Below are positions 28,546 to 36,924 of a stretch of DNA of 57,067 bases, one piece after another. Each line of letters begins with the position of its first letter. Position 1 is the first letter of the stretch. The position numbers were made by a program, and so were the translations under genes. This DNA is from Elusimicrobiota bacterium (GTDB lineage: Bacteria > Elusimicrobiota > UBA8919), in contig JAZDKR010000012.1 in assembly GCA_043802785.1 (NCBI GenBank), positions 1-57,067 on the forward strand, in the 5' to 3' direction. Under the pieces are notes generated by a model that searched no databases, was not told where the DNA came from, and was given only the letters and a program-made list of their open reading frames with translations.

Positions 28546-29664
28546 TCAAATTCTTATCAGCCATTGCTTAAAAAATACATCATTTATATTGTATGAACCG
28601 TTGGATTTATCAATTAATTCTTTCAATAACAAACTTTTTATTGTCTTTTGAACAACCGAAGCAGTTAGATTAAATTTTTGAAGGTTCTCAATTGAATATA
28701 TTTTATTCTCCTGCCCCGATTCTACAAGCATTTTCAACACTTTTTTCTGGTTCAGAGAAAGTTCATCCCAGATATTACTGTATGCACTCTTTTCTTCAGC
28801 GAGAGTAAGTGTTAAAGCATCCTCAACTGTTTTTTCATCAATCCGCTTATGTTCAGCAAGTTTCCACACTGAACTACCCAAATGTTGCACATAATACGGA
28901 TGACATTCGGCTATATCTACAATTTTTTTGGCAATATTTTCAGGTATATTCATCCCGGTAGATTTAAACCTTTCAACAACAAAAGATGTTAATTTATCCG
29001 ATGATATTTTACCTATGGGATAATGTCTGCCAATTTTATAAAAAGGTCGGTTGGGATTGGAAAACATATCATAAATCAAATGTTTTTTACTGCCCATAAA
29101 AATATAGGATACTTTTCTACCGTGTGTTTGCACAATTCCCCGAAGGCGTTTTTCTATTTTGTCTGTGCCAAGCAAACCTATCTGCTGAAATTCATCAAAA
29201 ACAACAACCACCTGTTTTTTATATTTATCTGCATACCTTTTTACTGCACTTCCGACATCTTCTATCATCATATTAGTATCTTTGATTAAATCCACACCGA
29301 TTTCTGTATCACCTTGTGGATTAATTACTATTTTAGGACGGAGCGACTTAAAGATATTTTTCAAATTGCTTATTATTTTTTCCATTGAACCCGATAACGT
29401 TTTGGATATGGCGGCAGCATAGATAGAAACAAAATCTTCTTCTTTTAATACGGCATACAGGTCAACATAAATACCGACAACACCTTCTTTTTCGGCTTTT
29501 TTCAGAACCTCTTTTATAAGTGATGTCTTGCCATATCTCCTGGGGGAATAGACAATAACATTCTGTCCGCTTATAATGTCTGATACAAGTTCTTTAATTT
29601 CTTTTGTTCTGTTACAGAATATTTCTCCGAACACTTCCTGTCCATAAACAAACGGATTTTGCAT
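28546..29664 (-). CDS. AAA ATPase (archaeal-ATPase type) with C-terminal wHTH
   Basis: NPFVYG, F.NR..E, SPRRYGKTS Walker A, FDEFQ Walker B, HPYYVQ. Confidence 0.88.
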   Translation of the reverse strand: MQNPFVYGQEVFGEIFCNRTKEIKELVSDIISGQNVIVYSPRRYGKTSLIKEVLKKAEKEGVVGIYVDLYAVLKEEDFVSIYAAAISKTLSGSMEKIISNLKNIFKSLRPKIVINPQGDTEIGVDLIKDTNMMIEDVGSAVKRYADKYKKQVVVVFDEFQQIGLLGTDKIEKRLRGIVQTHGRKVSYIFMGSKKHLIYDMFSNPNRPFYKIGRHYPIGKISSDKLTSFVVERFKSTGMNIPENIAKKIVDIAECHPYYVQHLGSSVWKLAEHKRIDEKTVEDALTLTLAEEKSAYSNIWDELSLNQKKVLKMLVESGQENKIYSIENLQKFNLTASVVQKTIKSLLLKELIDKSNGSYNINDVFFKQWLIRI

Positions 29665-29712
29665 TGAGTTACCTCAATTATACTTTATGGGTTAACCCCT
29701 TGGGTATAATAA

Positions 29713-29741
29713 ATATTATCTTTTTTAGATAAAATTGTCAA
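29713..29741 (-). promoter_or_regulatory. Probable sigma70 promoter of the ATPase/R-M cargo
   Basis: TTGACA-17-TAATAT. Confidence 0.5.
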
Positions 29742-29759
29742 GTGTTTTTTATCCCTTCT

Positions 29760-30539
29760 TCATTCTTTGATTCTGTCTGAAATAATTTCGGCGACTTTTT
29801 TACCGCTCATAAGCATTCCGCCGAAAATAGGTCCCATCCGCTGGTCGCCGAATACAGCATTACAACACATCCCACAGGAATAGACACCTGGGTATATTTC
29901 CCTTGTGTTTTCAAGAATCTTTTTTTCTCCTATATCAGCGTTCATTTCTTTTTCACCCATAATTTTACCCGTTTTTGTTTTTAATTTACAGCCGTTTTTA
30001 TCCTGAAGTATATGAGCAATTTCTGCAGGATGTCCTGTGGCATCTACAACATATTTAGATGCTACTGTGATAGGGTCAACATGGAGTTTGGCAATTTCAA
30101 CAGCACTCCAATTTATAACTAATCCGCTGACCCTTCCCTTTGTAATCATAACATCTTCAGCACTCATTAGATTGAATATCTTTACTCCTGCTTTTGATGT
30201 TTTGGAACAGATTGTTGAAACCGTCTCAACTGAATCAGCACAATAATAACCGCCACCCATATCTTTTGTTTTTACATCAAATTCATCAAGAATTTTCTTT
30301 GCCTTATCTTGAATAACAATTTCATTAAACATTATTCCGCCGCCCCACATCCCACCGCCTATTGAAAGTTTCCTCTCAAAAAGAATTACTTTTACATTTT
30401 CTTTTGCAAGATAATAAGCAGCCGTCAGTCCTGCCGGACCGCCACCGACGATAGCAACATCGGACATTAGACCGTCAAGCAGTTTTTCCGAAAATTGCTT
30501 GATTATCAGTTCGGATATTTTGACATCATCTAATACCAT
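29760..30539 (-). CDS. thi4: Sulfide-dependent thiazole synthase Thi4, copy 1
   Basis: Same motifs as copy 2; about 20 aa differences over 259. Confidence 0.93.
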   Translation of the reverse strand: MVLDDVKISELIIKQFSEKLLDGLMSDVAIVGGGPAGLTAAYYLAKENVKVILFERKLSIGGGMWGGGIMFNEIVIQDKAKKILDEFDVKTKDMGGGYYCADSVETVSTICSKTSKAGVKIFNLMSAEDVMITKGRVSGLVINWSAVEIAKLHVDPITVASKYVVDATGHPAEIAHILQDKNGCKLKTKTGKIMGEKEMNADIGEKKILENTREIYPGVYSCGMCCNAVFGDQRMGPIFGGMLMSGKKVAEIISDRIKE

Positions 30540-30576
30540 TTTTTATCCACCTCCAAAAAAAATTTGGTTTTGTAAT

Positions 30577-30708
30577 GTAGGCAGGATCTTCACCTGCCCC
30601 CCTGTCTTGATTCGCAGGGCGAATTATGGGAGGAAACCCTGTCGTCTCGGTTGAACGGTCTCCCGCCACTAAAACTTTGGCGAGGTCTTCGAAAAGACAG
30701 TTCACTAC
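30577..30708 (-). ncRNA. Candidate structured leader/ncRNA upstream of thi4 (family unassigned)
   Basis: GC-rich island with several stems (GGCAGG/CCTGCC, CAGGG/CCCTG, CTGTCTT/AAGACAG, TGAACGGTCT/AGACAGTTCA); lacks TPP hallmarks. Confidence 0.3.
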
Positions 30709-30713
30709 TTAAA

Positions 30714-31706
30714 TCAAACCGTAATTGAATACTGCCTGTTGCGTCTTGTACCGACGGGTATAATTCTTTTTGTTTTTAGTAACGGATTTAATACCTTGTA
30801 AAGACCCTGTCGAGTAATATAAAGTTCCGATGTAAGTTGTTTTATTGTTTTGGGACCATCTTGCGATAATATCATTAGCAATTTCTTTTGCGTTTCGGAA
30901 AGTGAGGGTAATTTCTTTTCCGTTGCCTGCGCCGATTTAAGACGATTAACTGCCCTCGCAAGACCTTCGGCTGTGATATCGGAAATATATTCCAGCCAGT
31001 CAGCCAAGCCGCCGGGTTTTCTTGCGTTGCTTAATTGCAAATAATATAATTTTCTGTTTTCTAACAAAATATCGTCAAGCGTAAAAACATGCAGAGTATC
31101 AAACCCCCGACGATACAATTCCCAAATGGCTAATGCTCTGGCTACTCTACCGTTACCGTCACGAAATGGATGTATTGTTGCAATTTCAAAATGGGCAAGA
31201 GCAGAACTTAAGACAGGATGGTATTGGTGGCTTTCGTTATTCAACCATTCTAAAAACTCTCTCATCAGATACGGCACTTTTTCAGATGAAGGTGGCGTGT
31301 GGTCCCCGACATATACTTGAACCTTCCTATATTTACCGACAGGACCACCGGCAACTGCTTTCTCACCGATGATTTTGTGCAATGTAAAAATACTGCCTTC
31401 CGTAATAACTTTTGTATTTTCTTTTTCTCTTATCCATCTGACAACATCTAAATAATTTTTAACCATCTGTATATGAAACTCTGGCTTTCGTGGTCTTTCA
31501 CCGTCGGCTACTTGTTTGACTTCTTGAGGCGTCAATGTGCTTCCTTCAATTGTTGTTGAGGCATATGCCATTATTATCGCTGATTCTTTTTGAACCACCG
31601 GGACAAATACTCCTTTTGTTGAACTACCTGTGATTTTGCCCTGTAAATAATCAATCTCTGATAGCGTTTTCATTACTCTCGGTCTGATTTCAAGATTATT
31701 CAACAT
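30714..31706 (-). CDS. Fic-family protein with C-terminal wHTH
   Basis: STTIEG inhibitory motif; HPFRDGNGRVAR catalytic motif. Confidence 0.92.
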   Translation of the reverse strand: MLNNLEIRPRVMKTLSEIDYLQGKITGSSTKGVFVPVVQKESAIIMAYASTTIEGSTLTPQEVKQVADGERPRKPEFHIQMVKNYLDVVRWIREKENTKVITEGSIFTLHKIIGEKAVAGGPVGKYRKVQVYVGDHTPPSSEKVPYLMREFLEWLNNESHQYHPVLSSALAHFEIATIHPFRDGNGRVARALAIWELYRRGFDTLHVFTLDDILLENRKLYYLQLSNARKPGGLADWLEYISDITAEGLARAVNRLKSAQATEKKLPSLSETQKKLLMILSQDGPKTIKQLTSELYITRQGLYKVLNPLLKTKRIIPVGTRRNRQYSITV

Positions 31707-31745
31707 ATTATCCGGTTCTCCTTATGTCAACTATATGTCAACCGT

Positions 31746-31774
31746 AGTTTACATAAAGATTTGCATAAAGTCAA
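31746..31774 (-). promoter_or_regulatory. Probable sigma70 promoter of fic
   Basis: TTGACT-17-TAAACT; tandem ATGTCAAC repeat just downstream (possible operator). Confidence 0.6.
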
Positions 31775-31818
31775 GCGGAAAAACGAACTTTCATTAAATG
31801 TTGCTTGAATTTAATGGC

Positions 31819-32103
31819 TCTTCTCCTTTTCGTGTGGGTAAAAAACAGCAGTTTATAGACGAAAAAGACCACTGAAAAACTTGGCAGAATTTTACCCATA
31901 TGTGTCATTCTCGCGCACATACTGTGCCATAATCCAAAAATGTAGTTGCTCTTACAGAGCCTACTTTTGGCCAATCTTGCTTGGCAATAGTAACCATTTA
32001 TTAGCCCGCCACAGGCGGGCGCGACACAGTCTGTTCGCAGAAATGACAGCCCCTAAAGAATCTTGTTTTTCTGGTCATTTTTACCCACAGGAAACGGCGA
32101 AGA
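31819..32103. repeat. ~285 bp imperfect foldback downstream of tyrS
   Basis: TCTTCTCCTTTTCGTGTGGGTAAAAA / TTTTTACCCACAGGAAACGGCGAAGA outer arms; TGTCATTCTCGCGCACATACTGTG / CACAGTCTGTTCGCAGAAATGACA inner arms. Confidence 0.75.
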
Positions 32104-32126
32104 CCCTCTTTTTTAGACAAAATTGT

Positions 32127-33290
32127 TTATCCTATTTTTACTTTTTTGAATTTTCTTTTGCCGACCTGGATTAAAATTTCGCCGCTGATTTCTATAATTT
32201 TGTCAGCCAGTATTTTTTCTTCGTTGATTTTAACTCCGCCCTGTTTTATCAATCGCTCCGATTCTTTTTTGCTGGAACAAAGCCCTGCATCTACCAGCAA
32301 TTCCGATATTTTTAGTTCTTTTTTTTGCGAAACATATTCTTCTATTACCGACGGCAATTCTTTTTCGGCAAATATTTTATTAAATTCATTTTCAGCATTA
32401 TCAGCAATCTCTTTTGAATAAAATTTACCTACTATTATTTTTGCAAGATGCTGCTTCATCTGTTTTGGATGACCTTTGATAACATCGTCCAGATTTTCAT
32501 TTGTGAGAAGTTCAAAATATTTGTACATAAGTTCGTCGGAAATTGACATAATTTTGCCAAAAATTTCCGACGGTACTTCCGAAATACCGATATAATTTCC
32601 ATATGACTTTGACATTTTTTGCACGCCGTCAGTGCCTTCTAAAAGTGGCATCGTCATAACAACTTGTGGCAGTTGGCCATAATCCTTCTGAATTTGGCGC
32701 GCCATGAGAAGATTGAATTTCTGGTCGGTGCCGCCGAGTTCTATGTCGGAATTTACTGCAACGGAATCATAGCCAGTCAACAGCGGATACAAAAATTCAA
32801 GAATTGTTATATCGGTTCCGCTTTTGTATCTCTGATTAAAATCGGCACGAGCAAGCATCTGTGCAACGGTAGAATGTTTTGCCAATTCCATAAGACCGTC
32901 AAGTCCTAATGAATAAAGCCAGTGGCTGTTAAATCTAACTTCCGTTTTTTCCTTATCTAAAATTTTGAAGACCTGTTCCTGATATGTCTTTGCGTTGTCC
33001 AAAATTTCACTCTCGTCCAAAACAGGTCTTGCCTCGCTTCTACCCGACGGGTCACCGATACGGGCTGTAAAATCACCGATAATAAAAACAACATTGTGCC
33101 CTAAATCCTGAAATGTCTTGAGTTTTTCCATTACGACGGTATGTCCAAGATGAATATCCGGCGAAGTCGGGTCAACACCTAATTTAATTCTCAATGGTCT
33201 GTTAAGTTTCAATTTCGCAGTAAGTTCTTCTTCTGAAATTATTTCAACGACACCTCGCTTTATTTTAGATAGTTGCTCGTTTATGTCCAT
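32127..33290 (-). CDS. tyrS: Tyrosyl-tRNA synthetase
   Basis: [18 protein letters not shown]-terminal S4 domain. Confidence 0.97.
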   Translation of the reverse strand: MDINEQLSKIKRGVVEIISEEELTAKLKLNRPLRIKLGVDPTSPDIHLGHTVVMEKLKTFQDLGHNVVFIIGDFTARIGDPSGRSEARPVLDESEILDNAKTYQEQVFKILDKEKTEVRFNSHWLYSLGLDGLMELAKHSTVAQMLARADFNQRYKSGTDITILEFLYPLLTGYDSVAVNSDIELGGTDQKFNLLMARQIQKDYGQLPQVVMTMPLLEGTDGVQKMSKSYGNYIGISEVPSEIFGKIMSISDELMYKYFELLTNENLDDVIKGHPKQMKQHLAKIIVGKFYSKEIADNAENEFNKIFAEKELPSVIEEYVSQKKELKISELLVDAGLCSSKKESERLIKQGGVKINEEKILADKIIEISGEILIQVGKRKFKKVKIG

Positions 33291-33432
33291 AGATTTTTAA
33301 CGACAGAGATTAAGAGATTAGGGTTTTGATTTTCCCTAATTTCTTCGCCATATGCGAACCTACTTGGCTAATTTCCATTTTCCTAATCTCTGTCTTTCTG
33401 TTCTCTGACTTTCTCTGCGTCTCTGCGGTAAG

Positions 33433-33461
33433 ATTTTACCAAAAAAAAATAAAAAAATCAA
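33433..33461 (-). promoter_or_regulatory. Probable tyrS promoter
   Basis: TTGATT-17-TAAAAT. Confidence 0.6.
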
Positions 33462-33551
33462 GCCCTGTTAGAAATTGCTGAAAAGTTATAGTTACAATCT
33501 ATCTCACAAAATATTTCTAACAGAGCAAGCAAAAAGTTGAGAATTTATCAC

Positions 33552-33580
33552 TTGACAAATAAGTTTGTTAGAGATATAAT
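33552..33580 (+). promoter_or_regulatory. Consensus sigma70 promoter for the PBP1A operon
   Basis: TTGACA-17-TATAAT. Confidence 0.8.
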
Positions 33581-34024
33581 CAAGAAAACTGAATAGCCAC
33601 GAATTACACGAAAAACTAATTTCTTTTCTTTTTAATTCGTGAAATTCGTGGCAGATCCCGCCTCGGCGGGATACTTTTCTATACTTCAAGAAAATCTTGT
33701 AACAACAGATACTCACAGATTTTCACAGATGACCCCGCCAAAGCGGGGACGAAGTCCCCTGCCCGACAGATGGCAGGCGGGCGTGGTAATCCAATGAGAT
33801 TGCTTCGTCAGTCGTCCCGATTTTATCGGGACTCCTTCCTCGCAATGACATCTGCGTTTTGATGAAATAAAATATGCCCGATAAATCGCCTGCCCGACGG
33901 CAAGGCGGGGGCAACTACATTTGCTGTTGTAGTTGCTCAATTTATTGAGCGTTTTATTCAAATTCTTCGCCGAAGGTTGAAAATCCGCCGTGGCGGGCGA
34001 ACCTACTCGGCGATACCACAAATT

Positions 34025-36211
34025 ATGAAAAAATGGATTTTTTTGGCGGTTGGAGTTGTGATACTTTTTGCTTTTATTGAGCGATTGACAAAATATTTAG
34101 GCGATATTCCCGACCCAACCCAACTAATAAATTATACCCCGTCTTTAACCACAAAAATTTACGATATAAACGGTGAATTGATTGCCGAATTATTTACGGA
34201 AAAGAGAACCGTTGTCCCACTTTCACAAATCCCAAAAGATATGCTCAACGCTATTATTGCAATTGAGGATACCCGTTTTTTCAGACACTGGGGAATTGAC
34301 CCTTATAGAATCGCCGGTGCCTTTGTTTCAAATGTTAAAGCAGGCGAAGTGGTCGAGGGTGCCTCAACTATCACCCAACAACTTTCAAAGGTGATTTTTT
34401 TGTCACGACGAAAAACACTCGCCAGAAAAATAAAAGAGGTAATTCTTGCAATTCAGTTGGAACGCGATTATTCAAAATACGAAATTCTTGAAATATACCT
34501 AAACCAGATTTATTTCGGAAACGGTGCCTACGGGATTGCGACCGCAGCAAAAGTTTATTTCGGAAAAAATGTAGCCGAGTTAACACTTGAAGAGTGCGCA
34601 CTTCTGGCGGGACTTCCGAGAGCACCGTCAATATATTCACCTTTCAAAAGTCCGGAAAAGGCAATTCAGAGAAGGGCTGTCGTTTTATCAAGAATGCATT
34701 CTGTCGGATTTATTACCGACGAACAAAAAAAAGGAGCAGAAGAAAAGAATATTGTTCTTTCACCGCCGCACATTGCCGCAAAAATAGCACCTCATTTTAT
34801 TGACAATATCAGACAGACGCTTGAATCAAAATACGGGAGCGCATTATATCAGGGCGGACTTGAAATCTGGACTACGCTTGATAGAAAATTGCAGGAAGCA
34901 GCGGAAAAAATTTTTGAAAGACAACTTTCTGAATTTGATTCATTAGCAAAATCAACTGTTTCGGTAGAGGGTGCGCTGTTATGTCTTGATGTGAAAACAG
35001 GCGGAATTCGTGCTTTGGTTGGCGGAAGAAATTTTCAGACAAGTCAGTTTAACAGAACCTTTCAGGCGAAAAGACAGCCGGGAAGTGCGTTTAAGGTTTT
35101 TGTCTATACAGCCGCAATTGAAAACGGTTTTACCCCAACTTCAATTATTGATGATTCACCAATAACCTATTACAACACCGGCCGTGACTGGAAACTTTTG
35201 TCAAACACGACCGACTTTTCAGATGTTACAGATAGAGATCTCCTTAACAAACTATTGGAAGAAGATAAGGAAGCAATTAAAAACAACAAACCAAATGAGC
35301 AAGTTCTGTGGCAACCACAGAATTATTCAGAAAAATTTCATGGACTCGTTTTATTGAGAAAGGCACTTGAACATTCTCTGAATATTTGTGCAATAAAAGT
35401 AACCGACAAGATAGGTCCTACGACGGTGGCACATTACGCAAGACAATTAGGAATAGAATCGCCTCTTACTGAAACGATTTCTTTGGCACTTGGCTCGTCG
35501 GATGTTACATTAAAAGAGATGACCTCTGCTTTTGGCTGCTTGGCAAACTCCGGCATAAAAACAACTCCTTACTCACTTGTAAAAGTTTTAGACAATAAAG
35601 GCAGAATTTTAGAGGAATTTTTTCCTGAGGAAAAAGATACGGTATCTGCACAGACGGCATTTTTGATAACAAATCTGATGCTCGGTGTTGTTGAACACGG
35701 AACCGGCGTTTACGCAAAACAATTAAAAAGACCTGCGGCTGGAAAAACTGGAACAACAAACGACTCGCAGGATGCATGGTTTATCGGCTACACACCACAA
35801 CTCGCCTGCGGTGTATGGGTGGGTTATGATGATCACAGAACACTCGGTAAAAAAATGACCGGTGGACGAATTGCCTGCCCCATCTGGACCGAGTTTATGC
35901 GATCGGCTCTACAAGGACAACCTGTTATGGATTTTGCGCCACCTTCAAATATTACATATGTAAAAATTGATCCACAGACGGGACTTTTGGCACTTGGAAA
36001 TTTAAAGGGAACATATTTAGAAGCATTTTTAAGTGGAACAGAACCGAAAGAGTTCTCGTGCGGAAAAGGTGTCGCTATCATCAAAAAACTTGAAGATGAA
36101 ACAGTGCCATCATCAACAAATACGGAAATAGTATCCGATCTTATAGACGGTACCACACGAACTGTACCTGTCTTACCAACAACTAATATCAATACCGAAG
36201 GCGGATTCTAA
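34025..36211 (+). CDS. mrcA: Penicillin-binding protein 1A
   Basis: EDTRFF.H.G, GASTITQQL (transglycosylase); SAFK, SLN, KTGT (transpeptidase); start at MKKWIF. Confidence 0.92.
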   Translation: MKKWIFLAVGVVILFAFIERLTKYLGDIPDPTQLINYTPSLTTKIYDINGELIAELFTEKRTVVPLSQIPKDMLNAIIAIEDTRFFRHWGIDPYRIAGAFVSNVKAGEVVEGASTITQQLSKVIFLSRRKTLARKIKEVILAIQLERDYSKYEILEIYLNQIYFGNGAYGIATAAKVYFGKNVAELTLEECALLAGLPRAPSIYSPFKSPEKAIQRRAVVLSRMHSVGFITDEQKKGAEEKNIVLSPPHIAAKIAPHFIDNIRQTLESKYGSALYQGGLEIWTTLDRKLQEAAEKIFERQLSEFDSLAKSTVSVEGALLCLDVKTGGIRALVGGRNFQTSQFNRTFQAKRQPGSAFKVFVYTAAIENGFTPTSIIDDSPITYYNTGRDWKLLSNTTDFSDVTDRDLLNKLLEEDKEAIKNNKPNEQVLWQPQNYSEKFHGLVLLRKALEHSLNICAIKVTDKIGPTTVAHYARQLGIESPLTETISLALGSSDVTLKEMTSAFGCLANSGIKTTPYSLVKVLDNKGRILEEFFPEEKDTVSAQTAFLITNLMLGVVEHGTGVYAKQLKRPAAGKTGTTNDSQDAWFIGYTPQLACGVWVGYDDHRTLGKKMTGGRIACPIWTEFMRSALQGQPVMDFAPPSNITYVKIDPQTGLLALGNLKGTYLEAFLSGTEPKEFSCGKGVAIIKKLEDETVPSSTNTEIVSDLIDGTTRTVPVLPTTNINTEGGF

Positions 36212-36250
36212 GAAGGGCAGGTAGAAAGGTAGAAGGTAAAAAGAGGAAAA

Positions 36251-36781
36251 ATGGAAATTAAATCAAAGGATGCAGAAAAAATGGGGATTTTAAGTGTAGC
36301 AAATTTGATGTGTGTTGCGGCAAGAACTGCACCCAAAGCAAGAGGAATTGACAACATCATAACTTTAATTTTGACCGATAAAGATATTGAGGGACTTTCA
36401 GAAAAAATGGTTGAAGTGGCAAACACGGGCTACAGAACAAATACATTTTTGAGAGATGCGGAATGTATTAAAAAAGCGACTGCTGTTGTGCTCATCGGGA
36501 CGAAAATTTCTCCAATCGGGCTTGATTGCGAATTTTGCGGATTTGAAAATTGTAAAAAATTAGAGGAATCAAAAAGTGTATGCGTCTATAACTCAGGCGA
36601 TTTGGGAATTGCAATTGGTTCTGCTATATCTGTTGCTGCGGATAATCGAGTTGATAATAGAATTATGTACACAGCCGGCTACTCCGCTATACAAAATAAC
36701 TTGCTTGGCAAAGAAGTAAAAATTGCCTTTGGAATTCCTCTTTCCGCATCTGGTAAAAACATATTTTTTGAGAGAAAATGA
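36251..36781 (+). CDS. DUF2148 ferredoxin-domain protein
   Basis: AARTAPKARG, CEFCGFENC, DLGIAIGSA, VDNRIMY, KNIFFER. Confidence 0.88.
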   Translation: MEIKSKDAEKMGILSVANLMCVAARTAPKARGIDNIITLILTDKDIEGLSEKMVEVANTGYRTNTFLRDAECIKKATAVVLIGTKISPIGLDCEFCGFENCKKLEESKSVCVYNSGDLGIAIGSAISVAADNRVDNRIMYTAGYSAIQNNLLGKEVKIAFGIPLSASGKNIFFERK

Positions 36782-36782
36782 A

Positions 36783-36924
36783 TGTAGTCGCTCAATTTAT
36801 TGAGCGCTGTTATTGAACACCGTCATACCCAACAAAACCGCCCTATAAATTGGGCAACTACAAATCAACGGCAAATCTACAAATCAACGGCAAATCAACG
36901 ACGCCTGATAAATCAGGCAACTAC
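36783..36924. repeat. GTAG-type REP cluster (three copies plus AAATCAACGGC tandem) between convergent genes
   Basis: TGTAGTCGCTCAATTTATTGAGCG; GCCCTATAAATTGGGCAACTACA; GCCTGATAAATCAGGCAACTAC (provides the ppdK TAG). Confidence 0.85.

Larger units (their letters stand above)
33304..34011. repeat. Cluster of nested palindromic repeats in the tyrS/PBP1A divergent spacer
   Basis: GAGATTAGG element (33304-33391), CACGAA 9-mer hairpin (33596-33652), CACAGAT 9-mers, GTCATTGCGAGG element (33796-33850), GTAG-REPs (33876-33951), several GC mini-hairpins. Confidence 0.85.

Noticed and set aside
30577-30605. FMN riboswitch or group II intron 3' end (GGGGCAGGTGAAGATCCTGCC)
   Set aside because: The remaining FMN motifs and an intron domain V are absent.
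33504-34021. Minus-strand ORFs 33504-33716, 33713-34021 and 33723-33914
   Set aside because: They are translations of stacked palindromic repeats, with no RBS or protein motif.
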